This document shows positions 8,282-17,293 of a stretch of DNA of 41,882 nt, piece by piece (the first letter of the stretch is position 1; each line of letters starts with the position of its first letter). Both the position numbers and the translations under genes were made by a program. The DNA comes from Myxococcota bacterium. Lineage in GTDB: Bacteria > Myxococcota_A > UBA796 > SXON01. The notes below the pieces were generated by a model. That model had not been told where the DNA came from, made no database searches, and saw only the letters and a list, made by a program, of their open reading frames with translations. The DNA is taken from NCBI GenBank assembly GCA_040386535.1, contig JAZKFH010000034.1, forward strand, positions 1 through 41,882. Direction: 5' to 3'.

Positions 8282-8939
8282 GCCCCGCGTCGACCACGCC
8301 CAGGCAGCACAGCTCCTCGCCCGCGGCGTGATTTGGATTGGCGGTGGTGAAGAAGTGGACGTCGGGATCGTCGAGCCCGACCACCGGCGCGGTGGTGGCG
8401 CGGAGCCGCCCGTGCGCCACTTTGAGCACGAGGGCGGCGGGGTCCAGGCTGTCGCCGAAACGCTCCGTGGCGAGGGTGGTGATGAGCGCGCGCGCCCAGT
8501 CGGGCGTAGGTGCGTCACGACGCGGCCAATACGTCGCGAAGTTTCGGCTCAACAAGAGGTAGGTCTTGTAGCCCTTGGAGATGAGGAACCACACGACGAG
8601 CCGCTGCGGATTTCGGAGGCGCACGGAGACGACGTACCAGAAGAAGGCCCACGCCAACGCGGTCTGGCCGCGGTACCGATGGTCGATGACCGTGTCGCCC
8701 GAGTACACCGACACCACCGCGCGGCCGCCGATCCGGCCCGGCCGGGTGCTCAACGTGGAGAAGCCCTGCACGGTCGCGCCGTCGCGCAGCAGGATCACGT
8801 GGTCCTTCGCGGCGAGATCGGCCTCGAACGCGGGCCGGCTCACGTCCTCGTAGTAGCGCTCGAACACCCCCCACATCGCGTCGCGGTCCGCGGGGGTGAC
8901 CCGCGTGACGGGCACGGTGGTGGCGGTGACGCGGGGCAT
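8214..8939 (-). CDS. GNAT-fold-like acyltransferase (hypothetical)
   Basis: VQGFSTL strand, YSGDTVIDHRYRGQTAL (resembles GNAT motif A), WFLISKGYKTY. Overlaps the hydrolase 3' end by 68 bp. Confidence 0.7.
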   Translation of the reverse strand: MPRVTATTVPVTRVTPADRDAMWGVFERYYEDVSRPAFEADLAAKDHVILLRDGATVQGFSTLSTRPGRIGGRAVVSVYSGDTVIDHRYRGQTALAWAFFWYVVSVRLRNPQRLVVWFLISKGYKTYLLLSRNFATYWPRRDAPTPDWARALITTLATERFGDSLDPAALVLKVAHGRLRATTAPVVGLDDPDVHFFTTANPNHAAGEELCCLGVVDAGLILGFPLRLLRKLRRRKLLRRG

Positions 8940-8996
8940 GGGCGCGGCATCCTAACGGATGACGAACGGCGGGGTGAGCGCCCGCGGGTCGAACCT

Positions 8997-9018
8997 CCTG
9001 ACCAACCCCTGACCAACC
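8997..9018. promoter_or_regulatory. 11-bp tandem direct repeat, candidate regulator site
   Basis: CCTGACCAACC twice, head to tail, between the divergent GNAT-like and A2M genes. Confidence 0.35.
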
Positions 9019-9070
9019 CGAGGGAACAGACTTCCACGCGGCGCAGACGGAACAGGGAGGAGGCACCTCG

Positions 9071-12000
9071 ATGCGCCTGCTCCCCCTTCTCTTCCTGCTC
9101 GGCTGCGCGGCCTCGTCCACGATCCCCCTCGCGCCGATCCCCGACGCCGATCGCGCCGTACGGGAGGCGCCTCCGTTCGCCGAGGATCCGGCTGCGTTCG
9201 TCCCGCCCCCCGCCTTCGCCGACGCACCCCCGGCCTCCCCCCGGTTGCGCCCCGACGACGCGCTCGCGGCCCTCTCCAGACGAACGGTCGCCGACGTGGT
9301 GCCCACGCGTGCTCATGTTGGCACCGACAAGCCGCTCTACCGCCCCGGTGACACGATCTGGGTCAAGACCTGGCACCTCGCCACCGCCACCTTCGCGGCC
9401 GCGGCCAACGGCGGAATCCGGTACGAGCTGGTGGGCCCGCGTGGCAACGTGGTGCTCAGCCGCTCCGTGGAGCAGCGGGGCGGCGGCGCGGCGAACGACT
9501 TTGTGTTGCCGACGAATGCGCCCGGCGGCGTCTGGGTGGTACGCGCCGCCACCGCGGACGGACAACGGGCCGAGCGCCGCGTGGTCGTGCTCGGCTACGA
9601 GGCGCCGCGCCTCAAGAAATCGCTGGAGTTCGTCCGGAAGGGCTACCTCCCTGGCGACATGGTGGCTGCCACGCTCACGGTGAGCAGTCCGACGGGCGCG
9701 CCGCTCGCGGACCACCCGGTCACCGGCCTGGTCCGCCTCGACGGGCAGGATCTCGCCGACGTCGCGGTCACCACCAACGCCGCCGGACAGGCGATGGTGC
9801 GCTTTCCCCTTCCCATGGGGACGACCCACGGCGACGGGCTCCTCACCGTGCTGATCGACGAGAGCGGGGTGACCGAGTCCATCTCCCGCCGCATCCCCAT
9901 CGTGTCGGCCGGGGTGGACGTGGCGGTGTACCCCGAGGGGGGCGCGCTCGTGACCGATTTGCCCTCGCGGGTGTACTTCGCGGCGACCAAGGCGGACGGC
10001 CTGGCTTCCCGGTCGCCTGCGGACGTGTCGGGCCGCGTCGTGGACGATCGGGGAGAGGTGGTCGTCGCCCTGCGGAGCTTCCACCACGGCTTGGGGCGCT
10101 TCGATCTCACCCCTCGGGCGGGCCGCACCTACCACATCGAGATCGTCGGCCAATCCGTACGCATCCCCCTCCCGGCCGCGGCGGCGGAGGGGTGTGTCCT
10201 GCGAAGCCACGACGATTTCGCCCCCACCCTCTCGGCGCTCCGCGTCGACGTGCGGTGCACCTCCCCGCGCGAGGTGTCCGTGGTGGGCAGCCAACGCGGG
10301 TTGGTCCTCGACGCGGCGCGCGTGAACGTACCCGCCGCCGGGAGCGCCGCGCGGGCCGCCACGGTGTACCTGACCCCGGCCGACCCCACGCTGGCAACGG
10401 CCGCGGGCGTTGCGCGGGTGACCCTCTACGACGCCGACGCCATGCCGATCGCGGAGCGGGTGGTGATGCGAAACCGCGACCAGCGGCTCACCCTCACGGT
10501 GACCCCCACGCGAGAGGAGTACGGGCCCCGGGACCGCGTGACGCTCGACATCGCCGCGACCAATCCAGCGGGCGCGCCCGTGGTCGCGGACGTGGCGGTG
10601 GCCGTGGTGGACGACACGGTGCTCTCCTACGCGGACGACAAGGCGGGCGACATCGTGTCCCGGCTGCTGGTGGAGGCGGAGCTGGCTGGCCCGGTGGCGG
10701 AGCCGCGCACGTTCTTCGCCGAGCCCACCGGGTACGCCCTCGACTTGTTGCTGGGGACGGCGGGGTATCGGACGTTCGTGGTGGTGTCGGCCGAGGGAGG
10801 GGGCGAGCAGCCAGAAGGGGCCGGCCACCCGCCTGTGGAGGGCCGAGGCCCGTGGAGAGATGCGCTCCCATCCTCGGTCCCCAACGCCCAGCTCGACGGC
10901 CTCGGGTCGCAGATCCTGATCGCCGCGAAGGGGACGGGGTTCGGCGGGGGTGGGATGGGTGAACGGGGCGGGGCCGACGCGAGAATGGGAGGCATCGGCC
11001 CCGCTCCCGGCGGCAACTTCGGCTCCAAACAAGCGGGCAGCATCGTCACACCCGAAGCGCCGATCGTGATGGGGGCCCTCGACCGCAGCCTCCTCGACGT
11101 GGTGATCAAACGCGCCCTGCCCCAGATCCGCTACTGCTACCAACGCGAGCTCTTCAAGCACCCCGACCTCGCCGGAGAGGTCACCGTGAAGTTCATCATC
11201 GCCGCCGACGGCACCGTGTCCAGCGCCGTGACCAAACGCAGCACCCTCGGCAACGAGGCCGTGGAGACATGCATCAACGGTCGCTTCCTGCGGTTCCAGT
11301 TCCCCGAGCCCAAGGGCGGCGGCATCGTCATCGTCTCCTATCCGTTCCGGTTCCGCGCCACCGATGACGAGGGCCCGACCTATGCCGCGGTGCGGGTGTT
11401 CCCGACTCCGATCCACGTGCCCGGCGAGCCCCGGACGGATTTCCGTGACACCGTGGCGTGGGCGCCCTTCGTCCGGACCGACGCCACCGGCCACGCCCGG
11501 GTGACGTTCCCGCTCTCGGACGCCGTGACCTCTTTTCGTGTCATCGCCGAGGGTGTCGGCGGTGGCCGGGTTGGGCGCGGCGAGGCGGTGTTCGCCTCGA
11601 CCTTGCCGTTCAGCCTCGCGGTCAAGCTGCCCGTCGCGGCCGTGAAGGGCGACCAGCTGCACGTCCCGCTCACCCTCACCAACGACCGCGACACCCCCGT
11701 GACGGTCACGGTCGCCGCCGCGATGGGCGAGGCGTTCTCGGCAATGGAAGCGCCGCGCACGGTCACCCTCGCCGCTCGAACAGGGCAGACCCTCTTCTAC
11801 GATGTCGTCGCCGGGGCCAAGGTTCCTCTGTCGTTCTCCGCCGTCAGCGACGGCCTCACCGACGCGTTCACCCGCACCCTCACGGTGATGGACGCGGGGT
11901 ATCCGCGCACCTGGTCCGCATCCGGGCGGCTCGACGCCAAGGCCACCCACGACCTCGATCTCGTCGGTGCGACCGAGGGGTCGGCCCAGGCGTGGATCAC

Positions 12001-13471
12001 GCTGTACCCCAACACACTCACGTCGCTGGTCGATGGGCTGGAGGGCCTGTTGGAGCTGCCGCGCGGCTGCTTCGAGCAGACCAGCAGCAGCAACTACCCG
12101 AACCTGCTCGTATTGCGCTACCTCGAGGAGCACGGCGTGGCGGACGCCGCGTTGGCCGAGCGCTCGCGGGCGTTGTTGGAGGCGGGGTACGACAGGCTCA
12201 CCGGGTTCGAGAGCCTGGGTGGCGGCTACGAGTGGTTCGGCGGATTGCCTGCCCACGAATCGCTCACCGCGTACGGCGTCGCCCAATTCGTGGACATGCG
12301 CGCGGTGTTCCCCGGGGTGGACGACACGATGGTGCGCCGCACGGCGAATTGGTTGGTGGACCGCCGGAACGGCGCCGGGGGGTGGAAACAGCCGGATCTA
12401 GCCAAGGGAGAGTACGGGCGCGCCTCGCCCGCGGTCACGGACGCGTACATCGCGTGGTCGTTGGTGGGGGCGGGGATGGGCGGGCGGCTCGCCCCGGAGC
12501 TCGATGCCCAGGCGCGGCTCGCCGCGAAGACCGGCGATCCCTACCTGCTCGCGCTCGCGACGGACACCCTGCTCCAGACCCGTCCGACCGAGGGCCACGC
12601 CGCCGCCACGCGGCTCGCGCGGCTCCAGGACGCGGACGGTGCTTTCCGCGGCGCCGACCACAGCATCACCAACAGCCAGGGCGCCAACCTTGTCGTCGAG
12701 ACCACCGCGCTCGCGACCATCGCCCTCCTCGCAGACGGCCGCCACCCCACCCAGGCGACCAACGCCGCCTGGTGGCTGCTCGACCAGCGCGACGGGTCGG
12801 GCCGTTGGGGCAGCACCCAAGCCACGGTGCTCACCCTGGAGGCGATGACACGTTTCGCCGCCCGACAGCCCCCGGAGCGCGACGGCGCCGCGATCGTGCG
12901 GGTGGACGGCGTCGAGGTGGGCCGGCTCTCCTGGTCGGCGCGGGCCTCGATCCCGCCGCGGCTGCCGATCCCGGTCACGGGCGGCACCCACACCGTCACG
13001 GTGACCCGCGCGGAGGGGGCCTCCGTCCCCTACACCCTCGGCGCGGCGTGGAGCACCCGCTCGCCGGCCTCCGACCCCACCGTGGCCGTCTCGATCACCG
13101 CCGCCCTCGCCACCGACCGCGTGGACATGGGCGAGACCGTGCGCCTCACCGCCCACGTGCGCAACGTCGCGCCCAACGGCCAACCCATGGCCCTCGCGCG
13201 CATCGGCATCCCCGCCGGCCTCTCCGTGCAGACGTGGCAGTTGGACGAGCTGCGCACCCGCGGCGTCGTGGACTTCTACGAGACCGGCCCCAACGAGGTG
13301 CTCGTGTACTTCCGCTCGCTCGCGCCCGGCGCCGCGCACGCCATCCCCCTCGACCTGCTCGCCACCGTGCCCGGCACGTACGAGGCGCCCGCCTCCCGTG
13401 CGTATCTCTATTACGACGACGACAAGGTGGCGTGGGCGCCGCCGGTGCGGGTGGTGGTGTCGGCAGGGTAG
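9071..13471 (+). CDS. Alpha-2-macroglobulin family lipoprotein with inserted AgmX/PglI (TonB C-terminal-like) domain
   Basis: RBS GGAGGAGG; lipobox LLGC; MG-domain TDKPLYRPGD; RTDFRDTVAW; thioester GCFEQ at 12065-12079; WGSTQAT; C-terminal ASRAYLYY. Confidence 0.92.
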   Translation: MRLLPLLFLLGCAASSTIPLAPIPDADRAVREAPPFAEDPAAFVPPPAFADAPPASPRLRPDDALAALSRRTVADVVPTRAHVGTDKPLYRPGDTIWVKTWHLATATFAAAANGGIRYELVGPRGNVVLSRSVEQRGGGAANDFVLPTNAPGGVWVVRAATADGQRAERRVVVLGYEAPRLKKSLEFVRKGYLPGDMVAATLTVSSPTGAPLADHPVTGLVRLDGQDLADVAVTTNAAGQAMVRFPLPMGTTHGDGLLTVLIDESGVTESISRRIPIVSAGVDVAVYPEGGALVTDLPSRVYFAATKADGLASRSPADVSGRVVDDRGEVVVALRSFHHGLGRFDLTPRAGRTYHIEIVGQSVRIPLPAAAAEGCVLRSHDDFAPTLSALRVDVRCTSPREVSVVGSQRGLVLDAARVNVPAAGSAARAATVYLTPADPTLATAAGVARVTLYDADAMPIAERVVMRNRDQRLTLTVTPTREEYGPRDRVTLDIAATNPAGAPVVADVAVAVVDDTVLSYADDKAGDIVSRLLVEAELAGPVAEPRTFFAEPTGYALDLLLGTAGYRTFVVVSAEGGGEQPEGAGHPPVEGRGPWRDALPSSVPNAQLDGLGSQILIAAKGTGFGGGGMGERGGADARMGGIGPAPGGNFGSKQAGSIVTPEAPIVMGALDRSLLDVVIKRALPQIRYCYQRELFKHPDLAGEVTVKFIIAADGTVSSAVTKRSTLGNEAVETCINGRFLRFQFPEPKGGGIVIVSYPFRFRATDDEGPTYAAVRVFPTPIHVPGEPRTDFRDTVAWAPFVRTDATGHARVTFPLSDAVTSFRVIAEGVGGGRVGRGEAVFASTLPFSLAVKLPVAAVKGDQLHVPLTLTNDRDTPVTVTVAAAMGEAFSAMEAPRTVTLAARTGQTLFYDVVAGAKVPLSFSAVSDGLTDAFTRTLTVMDAGYPRTWSASGRLDAKATHDLDLVGATEGSAQAWITLYPNTLTSLVDGLEGLLELPRGCFEQTSSSNYPNLLVLRYLEEHGVADAALAERSRALLEAGYDRLTGFESLGGGYEWFGGLPAHESLTAYGVAQFVDMRAVFPGVDDTMVRRTANWLVDRRNGAGGWKQPDLAKGEYGRASPAVTDAYIAWSLVGAGMGGRLAPELDAQARLAAKTGDPYLLALATDTLLQTRPTEGHAAATRLARLQDADGAFRGADHSITNSQGANLVVETTALATIALLADGRHPTQATNAAWWLLDQRDGSGRWGSTQATVLTLEAMTRFAARQPPERDGAAIVRVDGVEVGRLSWSARASIPPRLPIPVTGGTHTVTVTRAEGASVPYTLGAAWSTRSPASDPTVAVSITAALATDRVDMGETVRLTAHVRNVAPNGQPMALARIGIPAGLSVQTWQLDELRTRGVVDFYETGPNEVLVYFRSLAPGAAHAIPLDLLATVPGTYEAPASRAYLYYDDDKVAWAPPVRVVVSAG

Positions 13472-13539
13472 GCGCCTGGCCCGTGGGCGCGGCCGCGCTC
13501 GCCCTCGCCAACCTCCACGCGCGCGGGTACACCGCCCCG

Positions 13540-16164
13540 ATGTCTGCCTTGCCGCTCCCCGCCCGCTGGGTCGTGCTCAAGTTCGGCGGCACCAGCGTCG
13601 CCACCGCCGCCCGTTGGGCCACCATCGCCGCCGTCGCGCGGGCGCGCCTCGCCGAAGGCCTCCGGCCGCTCGTGGTGTGCTCCGCGGTCACGGGCGTCAC
13701 CGACCTGCTCGGCAAGGCCCTGGCCGCCGCGCTCGACGGCGCGCACGACCCGATCCTCGACCGCATCGACACGCTCCACGGCGCCCTCGCCGCCGACCTC
13801 GGCGTCGACCCCGCGCCCCACCGCCCCACCCTCGAGGAGGTGCGCCGCATCCTCCTCGGGGCGAGCCTGACGCGAGAGGTCACGCCACGTCAGCACGCGC
13901 GCGTGCTCGCCGCGGGCGAGCTGCTGTCCACTCGCCTCGGCGCGGCCTACCTCGCGCGGGTGTTCGCCGGCGCGGCGACAGACCCCGACGCCGACCCCTT
14001 CCTCGACGCCCGCGACTGCCTCCGCGCGCTCGACCGCACCGAGCCCGACACCGCGCGGTTCCTCTCGGCCACGTGCGGCACCGAGGCCGACCCCGCGCTC
14101 CAGGCCCGCCTCGCCGCGCGCACCGCCCCCGTGCTCGTCACCCAGGGCTTCATCGCCCGCACCGGCCGCGGCGACACCGTGCTGCTCGGCCGCGGCGGCT
14201 CGGATACCTCCGCGAGCCTGTTCGCCGCGGCGTTGGGGGCCGCGCGCTGCGAGATCTGGACCGACGTGCCCGGCATGTTCACCGCGAACCCCCGCGACGT
14301 GCCCACGGCCCGCCTCCTGCGGCGCCTGCATTACGACGAAGCGCAGGAGATCGCATCGACGGGCGCCAAGGTGCTGCACCCCCGCTGCATCGAGCCCGTG
14401 CGGCGTCACGGCATCCCGCTGTGGATCCGCTCCACGCCGCAGCCCGAGGTAGAGGGCACCCTGGTGGACGAGGCGCCCGACGCCGGCCCGCGCGTCAAGG
14501 CGCTCTCCGCGCGCAACGGCCAGCTGCTCGTGAGCATGGACACCCTGCGGATGTGGCAACAGGTGGGCTTCCTCGCGGACGTGTTCGCCGTCTTCAAGGA
14601 CCACGGGGTCTCGGTGGACCTCGTCTCCACCTCCGAGTCCAACGTCACCGTGTCGATCGATCCCGCCTCCAGCGGCGTCGACGCCGTCCACGCGCTCGTG
14701 GCCGATTTGGATCGGCTCTGTGGCGCCCGGATCATCGGCCCGTGCGCCAGTGTCAGCCTCGTGGGGCGTGGCATCCGCACCCTGCTCCACCGCCTCGGCC
14801 CCGCCCTCGCGGTGTTCGAGGCCGAGCGCATCCATCTCGTCTCCCAAGCCGCCAGCGACCTGAACCTCACGTTCGTGGTCGACGAGGAGCAGGCGCCGCG
14901 CCTCGTCCGCGAGCTGCACGCCCTGCTCTTCGAGGCCGCCGAGAACGACCCCGCGTTCGGCCCCTCCTGGCGCGAGGTGACGGACGGCCCCGCCGCGCCG
15001 CCCGCCCAGCGTGACCGCTGGTGGGTGCGGCGCCGGGACGAATTGCTCGCGTTGGGTGCCGGTGCTGCGGAGGGGGACCCGGGCGCCACGCCGCTCTACG
15101 TCTACGACGGTCCCACCGTGTCCGCCGCGGCCACCGCGCTCCGCGGACTGAAGAGTGTCGACCGCGTCTTCTACGCGCTCAAGGCCAACCCCAACCCCGC
15201 GCTCCTGCGCCGGATCGCCGCCGCCGGCCTCGGTTTCGAGTGTGTGTCACCCGGCGAGCTGGCCAGGGTGCGTGACACGTTTCCCGATCTCCCTGCCGAC
15301 CGCATCCTGTTCACGCCCAACTTCGCCCCGCGTGCCGAGTACGCTGCCGCGCTCGACCTCGGTGTGCACGTCACCCTCGACAACGTCCATCCGCTCGAAG
15401 CCTGGCCCGAGCTGTTCCGCGGGCAAGCCATCCTGCTGCGCGTCGATCCCGGCGCCGGGCGCGGCCACCACGACCACGTCAAGACCGGCGGCAGGCGCTC
15501 CAAGTTCGGCATCGCGGTGGGCGAGCTCGACCGGGTGGCGGAGCTGTGTCAACGCCACGACGTGCACGTGGTCGGGCTCCACGCGCACGTGGGGAGCGGC
15601 ATCCTCGACGCGTCCAACTGGAGCGACGTGGCGTTGTTCCTCGCCAGCCTCACCGAGCGGTTCCCCGAGGTGCGCCACATCGATCTCGGCGGCGGCCTGG
15701 GCGTCCCCGAGAAGCCCGACGAGTCGCCGCTCGACCTCGCCGTGCTGGACGCCACGCTCGCCCGGATCCGCGCCGCGCACCCAAACCTCGCGCTGTGGCT
15801 CGAGCCCGGCCGCTTCCTCGTGGCCGAGGCGGGCGTGCTCCTGGCGCGTGTCACCCAACGCAAGCAGAAGGCCGACGTGACCTTTGTCGGCGTCGACACG
15901 GGCATGAACAGCCTCATCCGCCCCGCGCTCTACGGCGCGTGGCACGAAATCGTGAACCTCACGCGGCTCGGCGAGCCCCTGGTCGAGATCGCGCACGTGG
16001 TGGGCCCCATCTGCGAGTCCGGCGACACCCTCGGCTACGCCCGCCGCCTCCCCGCGACCCATGAGGGCGACGTGCTCCTCATCGCCACCGCGGGCGCGTA
16101 CGGACGGGCCATGAGCTCCGAGTACAACTTGCGGGCGCCGGCGGCGGAGGTGGTGTTGGAGTAA
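13540..16164 (+). CDS. lysAC: Bifunctional aspartate kinase / diaminopimelate decarboxylase
   Basis: VLKFGGTSV, LGRGGSDTSA and ACT domains, then YALKAN (PLP Lys), HAHVGS, DLGGG, EPGR, GPICESGD, GAYG. Confidence 0.95.
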   Translation: MSALPLPARWVVLKFGGTSVATAARWATIAAVARARLAEGLRPLVVCSAVTGVTDLLGKALAAALDGAHDPILDRIDTLHGALAADLGVDPAPHRPTLEEVRRILLGASLTREVTPRQHARVLAAGELLSTRLGAAYLARVFAGAATDPDADPFLDARDCLRALDRTEPDTARFLSATCGTEADPALQARLAARTAPVLVTQGFIARTGRGDTVLLGRGGSDTSASLFAAALGAARCEIWTDVPGMFTANPRDVPTARLLRRLHYDEAQEIASTGAKVLHPRCIEPVRRHGIPLWIRSTPQPEVEGTLVDEAPDAGPRVKALSARNGQLLVSMDTLRMWQQVGFLADVFAVFKDHGVSVDLVSTSESNVTVSIDPASSGVDAVHALVADLDRLCGARIIGPCASVSLVGRGIRTLLHRLGPALAVFEAERIHLVSQAASDLNLTFVVDEEQAPRLVRELHALLFEAAENDPAFGPSWREVTDGPAAPPAQRDRWWVRRRDELLALGAGAAEGDPGATPLYVYDGPTVSAAATALRGLKSVDRVFYALKANPNPALLRRIAAAGLGFECVSPGELARVRDTFPDLPADRILFTPNFAPRAEYAAALDLGVHVTLDNVHPLEAWPELFRGQAILLRVDPGAGRGHHDHVKTGGRRSKFGIAVGELDRVAELCQRHDVHVVGLHAHVGSGILDASNWSDVALFLASLTERFPEVRHIDLGGGLGVPEKPDESPLDLAVLDATLARIRAAHPNLALWLEPGRFLVAEAGVLLARVTQRKQKADVTFVGVDTGMNSLIRPALYGAWHEIVNLTRLGEPLVEIAHVVGPICESGDTLGYARRLPATHEGDVLLIATAGAYGRAMSSEYNLRAPAAEVVLE

Positions 16165-16218
16165 GCCGCGGGGGAGGCGCGGTTGCCGAGTCCGAGGATC
16201 ACGCATAGGTCCAAGCGC

Positions 16219-17247
16219 ATGAACACCACCCTCCTCGCGTTGCTCCTGGCTTGTACCGGATCCCTGGACGACACGGCGCGCGAGGCGGACACCGGCGTCG
16301 AGGAGACCGATACCGATACGGACACGGACACCGACGCGGATACCGATACGGATGCCGATACCGATACGGACACCGACACCGACACCGATACCGATACGGA
16401 CACCGATGCGGACACTGGTATCGATCCCGACCCGCTGTGCCTCACCACGACGGTCGAGACGGACATCAGCCCCCTCGGGAGCGTGGACAGCCTGACGGCG
16501 TACACCTACGACGCCGACGGCAGCCTGCTCACGTACGAGGAGGACGAACATGCCGACGGGGTGGTGGATTCCCGCGAGTTCTACGACTACGACGGCGCTG
16601 GCAACCTGCTGACGCGCGAGTGGGACAACAACGCCGACGGAACGGTGGACGCGCGCTGGTCCTACACCTACGACGCCGACGGCAAGCTGCTCTCCTTCGA
16701 GATGGACGACCGCGCGGACGGGGTCGCGGACAAGTCCTACACGTACGCCTACGACGCCGACGGGAACAACGTCTCCACCGACGCGGACGATGACGCCGAC
16801 GGGGTGGTGGATTCGTCCTACACCTACACCTACGACGCGGACGGCAATCAGCTGACCATCACGTCCGACCTGGGCGCCGACGGGACGGTGGATGCCACGA
16901 GCACCAATGCCTACGACGCCGAGGGTTACCTGGTGACCGTCGAGCGGGACTTCGACGCGGACGGGGTGGTGGACGCGCGGGCGTTCTATACCTACGACGC
17001 CGCGGGCAACCGGCTGACGTACGAATACGACAACCGCGCGGACGGCAGGGTAGACTCGACCGCCACCTACACGTACGACGCCAGCGGCAACATGTTGACC
17101 TACGACGCCGTGTCCTCCTCGGGGCGGTCCTGGGGCGCCTACACCTACGACGCGGACGGCCTCCTGCTGACCGAGGAGGCCCATTGGGACGGCGATGGGG
17201 CGTGGGAGTCGCGGAGCACGTCGAGCTACGCCTACGGCGAGTGCTGA
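16219..17247 (+). CDS. Lipoprotein with DT linker and YD/RHS-like repeats
   Basis: Lipobox LLAC; (DT)n tract; nine repeats of about 27 aa, YTYDADGxxxTxxxDxxADGxVD. Confidence 0.85.
   Translation: MNTTLLALLLACTGSLDDTAREADTGVEETDTDTDTDTDADTDTDADTDTDTDTDTDTDTDTDADTGIDPDPLCLTTTVETDISPLGSVDSLTAYTYDADGSLLTYEEDEHADGVVDSREFYDYDGAGNLLTREWDNNADGTVDARWSYTYDADGKLLSFEMDDRADGVADKSYTYAYDADGNNVSTDADDDADGVVDSSYTYTYDADGNQLTITSDLGADGTVDATSTNAYDAEGYLVTVERDFDADGVVDARAFYTYDAAGNRLTYEYDNRADGRVDSTATYTYDASGNMLTYDAVSSSGRSWGAYTYDADGLLLTEEAHWDGDGAWESRSTSSYAYGEC
16306..16416 (+). repeat. Low-complexity (Asp-Thr)n coding repeat
   Basis: GAY-ACN hexamer repeats encoding TDTDTDTDTDADTDT... Confidence 0.9.
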
Positions 17248-17293
17248 CGGCCCCCGCCTCCCGATCCCCACCGGGTTAACCGCGCCCCCCGCC

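Noticed and set aside
8840..12286. 1148-aa antisense ORF (likewise 23446-27462, 15247-17997, 6353-8518)
   Set aside because: Shadow ORFs of high-GC coding genes, with no motifs.
11458..13539. N-terminal extension of lysAC (1568-aa ORF)
   Set aside because: Alternate-frame read-through of the macroglobulin gene; the kinase begins at 13540.
16501..17247. RHS polymorphic toxin
   Set aside because: Too short, with no RHS core (PxxxxDPxG), toxin domain or immunity gene.
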